Below, piece after piece: positions 29,960-32,000 of a stretch of 32,000 bases of DNA (the first letter of the stretch is position 1; every line of letters begins with the position of its first letter). A model generated the notes under the pieces. The model saw nothing but the letters and a program-made list of their open reading frames with translations, did no database searches and was not told where the DNA came from. The translations under genes and the position numbers were made by a program. The DNA is from Planctopirus limnophila DSM 3776 (GTDB lineage: Bacteria > Planctomycetota > Planctomycetia > Planctomycetales > Planctomycetaceae), in contig NC_014148.1 in the NCBI RefSeq assembly GCF_000092105.1, forward strand, positions 3,930,001 through 3,962,000, read 5' to 3'.

Positions 29960-31378
29960 TTAAACTTCCCCTTCCATCGGCTTTCTGACTTCCAAAAACA
30001 GATTTTCACCTGTTGTGTCATCGTAAACGACACATGTGGAGTTTTCTGGTGCCATGGCACGCATCCCACATTCATCACGAAGAACCAAAGTCCATTCAAG
30101 AATGTGCTCCATAAATCCTCGGCTGGGATGTTTGGTATGGACATTGGTGACCAAAACTGTCCCTCCTTGAACAACCGAGTCATAAAAGAGTTCAACCAGG
30201 CGTTGGCATATCGGATCACTGAGGTAATCAAACAGTCCTGCACAGTAGATTAAATCAAAGTGTTCCTTGGGGAATGGAGGCTCTTCCTCCATAGTTTCCA
30301 GCAATTCGTGAATTGACCGTCTTGTGAATTTCACATCGAGGGATGACTTCGAGGAGGCCAGAATCTGCGAAATGGTCGACTTTGCGTGTTCGAGAGCCTG
30401 TGCATCAAAATCAAGGAGTTCCAACTCCGTCCAATTCGCGCCTTCACCCGATTGTACGAAACGTTGAACTTCGACGGCAGGCCCGCAGCCCACATTTAAC
30501 ACTCGAAAGCGACGGCCCGAGGAGGCATGCTTTTGGGAATTCTCTTTAAGTTTATTGAGTAAAATATCAATCCGATTGCGGTGGGCCTGGGCTGTCGAAA
30601 TCTTGAGTGGAAACGAATTGACAATCCGCGCATAGGTGTTGGCACCTTCCCACTGATCTCTGACAATCATATTCACCATCTGATAATCACCTGCATATCC
30701 CAATGGCTTTGAAAATGTGCGGTGAATATAGGGCGAGCACATGAGCAGCGGGTGGAGTTCCCGCTGGACAAACGACTTATGGGTATTCACGACCTTACGA
30801 TCAACGAGTTTTGCCACATGCTCGAATTGATCGAAGAGTTCATAAAACTTAGGAAGAACCTGGCTAGCGACATCCTCAGTGAATTCTGTGACAAGATGAT
30901 TGGATTGTGGAAGCTCACTCAGACCAGAAACCACCTCGCTATGCGATAGCCAGCGGCTCAGATCCCCCAGAAAATTTCGAATTGTCGTCACGAGTTGTTG
31001 GTAAGTGGGTTCAAGGCGCTCCTGAGCAGCAGACCAATCACCCAGAAAATTCTCGACCTCTTTGCGAAGTGCAGGCCCAGGGTGCAGATCGGTCAAATCG
31101 GCCCAGGGTTCCACCAATGATGCGGAGACAACCGCCAGCAGCCCTGTATTCACAAGGGTTGTTACAACAGCGCGACCCTGATAGATGGGGCGATCGCCTC
31201 GGCGAATGACAACCTGCTGCAAAACTTCACTGACCTGGACAATCGAATAAGGGTTGTAGACCTCAAACACAATCGCTGCTCGACTGAGCCGCAAAATTGT
31301 TCCGATTGCTGCCGTTCCCTGGCAGTTTTTAAAACTGACGACATTGTCGGCAGCCAGCTTTCCGATCTTCGCCATCAT
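29960..31378 (-). CDS. class I SAM-dependent methyltransferase with extended N-terminal region (possible degenerate PilZ-like barrel); PhcB-like candidate
   Basis: 472 aa. SAM motif I RVLNVGCGPAVEVQRFV, post-I LELLDFD and motif II-like LIYCAGLFDYLSD are present. The N-terminal ~100 aa (GTILRLSRAAIVFEVYNPYSIVQVSEVLQQVVIRRGDRPIYQGRAVV) look like a PilZ-type beta barrel without an RxxxR motif. The stop lies 2 nt before the kinase start. Confidence 0.75.
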   Translation of the reverse strand: MMAKIGKLAADNVVSFKNCQGTAAIGTILRLSRAAIVFEVYNPYSIVQVSEVLQQVVIRRGDRPIYQGRAVVTTLVNTGLLAVVSASLVEPWADLTDLHPGPALRKEVENFLGDWSAAQERLEPTYQQLVTTIRNFLGDLSRWLSHSEVVSGLSELPQSNHLVTEFTEDVASQVLPKFYELFDQFEHVAKLVDRKVVNTHKSFVQRELHPLLMCSPYIHRTFSKPLGYAGDYQMVNMIVRDQWEGANTYARIVNSFPLKISTAQAHRNRIDILLNKLKENSQKHASSGRRFRVLNVGCGPAVEVQRFVQSGEGANWTELELLDFDAQALEHAKSTISQILASSKSSLDVKFTRRSIHELLETMEEEPPFPKEHFDLIYCAGLFDYLSDPICQRLVELFYDSVVQGGTVLVTNVHTKHPSRGFMEHILEWTLVLRDECGMRAMAPENSTCVVYDDTTGENLFLEVRKPMEGEV

Positions 31379-31538
31379 GATTCCTTGTTGTGGTGATTTT
31401 CGGAATGATCAAGTTGAATCAGAATCAGCAACTGTAGATTCCATCAAGGTAAAGAATCCTGATGGCGTTTTCATCGATTCTTCGCAAGAAAACATCCTCT
31501 AGTACAGCTGAGAGCATCACAGACATTCGAAAAGAACA

Positions 31539-31994
31539 TTAGTAGATGGGAATAGCTTCCTGATCACGAGGTCGCCGGATGGTCTGGGGATCGAAATCTT
31601 CGTCTAATAGTTGAACGCGTTCAAGATTCTCGATGTGAAAACCGCAAACTTTCTGATGCAAAGATGAGTGTGCGAAAACCTTCCAGTTTTGAGTACTCAG
31701 CTCAAGCCAAAGTGGTGCGGAAAGTGTTGACCAACTGCCACTCTGATTTTGTGAGCAGACCCAAAGCCGTGCTTTCTTTCGTGTTTCGATAGATTTTACC
31801 AGAGAGGCCAGACAGCCATGTATGGAAACATCTTTGGCAGGTGGTTCAAACTGAATTGCCTGCATTACACGGAGCATGAACTCCTTATGGTTCGTTGAGA
31901 GTCCTTCAAGAACTTCTGCTACAAATGCATCCGTCAGTTGTTTGACGGCTGGTAGAGATTGCAAATTTGATGACAAAACGGCCATTAACAGCAT
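31539..31994 (-). CDS. hypothetical protein (151 aa)
   Basis: ORF with ATG at 31994. No family recognised. Same strand as the methyltransferase operon and 160 nt upstream of it. Confidence 0.4.
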   Translation of the reverse strand: MLLMAVLSSNLQSLPAVKQLTDAFVAEVLEGLSTNHKEFMLRVMQAIQFEPPAKDVSIHGCLASLVKSIETRKKARLWVCSQNQSGSWSTLSAPLWLELSTQNWKVFAHSSLHQKVCGFHIENLERVQLLDEDFDPQTIRRPRDQEAIPIY

Positions 31995-32000
31995 GGCGGT

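Noticed and set aside
1-32000. CRISPR arrays, rRNA genes, long tandem repeats
   Set aside because: Reading through the non-coding gaps showed no regularly spaced direct repeats, no rRNA-like conserved stretches, and no tandem arrays beyond a trivial gaatca-gaatca duplication near 31420.

Overview
The window looks like a Planctomycetota-type (Planctomycetaceae-like) chromosomal segment with a mosaic structure. All family assignments come from motif reading by eye; no search was run.

- **1-4.8 kb, minus strand:** ordinary-looking genes. These are a partial D-aminoacylase, a DadA-like FAD oxidoreductase, a DUF1559/prepilin-type protein with its small lipoprotein partner, and a XylR/AraC regulator.
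- **4.9-5.2 kb:** a boundary zone with an 18-bp perfect inverted repeat, a tRNA 3'-end-like fragment and an intrinsic terminator.
- **5.5-11.6 kb, plus strand:** a tightly coupled cassette of mostly uncharacterised genes. It holds a lipoprotein, DUF1257 (Ycf35-like), DUF2997, a Ycf46-like AAA+ ATPase, small proteins, a possibly DUF3150-like protein and a divergent DNA polymerase III beta-clamp homologue.
- **11.65-12.4 kb and 25.0-25.5 kb:** decayed IS5-family transposase fragments. Two related copies in the same orientation bracket a nitrate module of about 13 kb.
- **Nitrate module, 12.4-25.0 kb:** a NarX-type sensor kinase and FixJ/NarL-type regulator, a NarK/NrtP transporter, a fused 4Fe-4S/DmsC-like membrane protein, and a NasA/NarB-type molybdopterin nitrate reductase with no Tat signal. 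It ends with a NirA-type sirohaem reductase and a CysJ-like FAD/NADPH reductase that lacks a flavodoxin domain.
- **26.1-31.4 kb, minus strand:** an operon of a SAM methyltransferase, a membrane hybrid kinase with two transmitter modules, and a response regulator with a kinase-like output domain. Order and architecture recall Ralstonia phcB-phcS-phcR quorum sensing.

I saw no rRNA, intact tRNA or CRISPR array.
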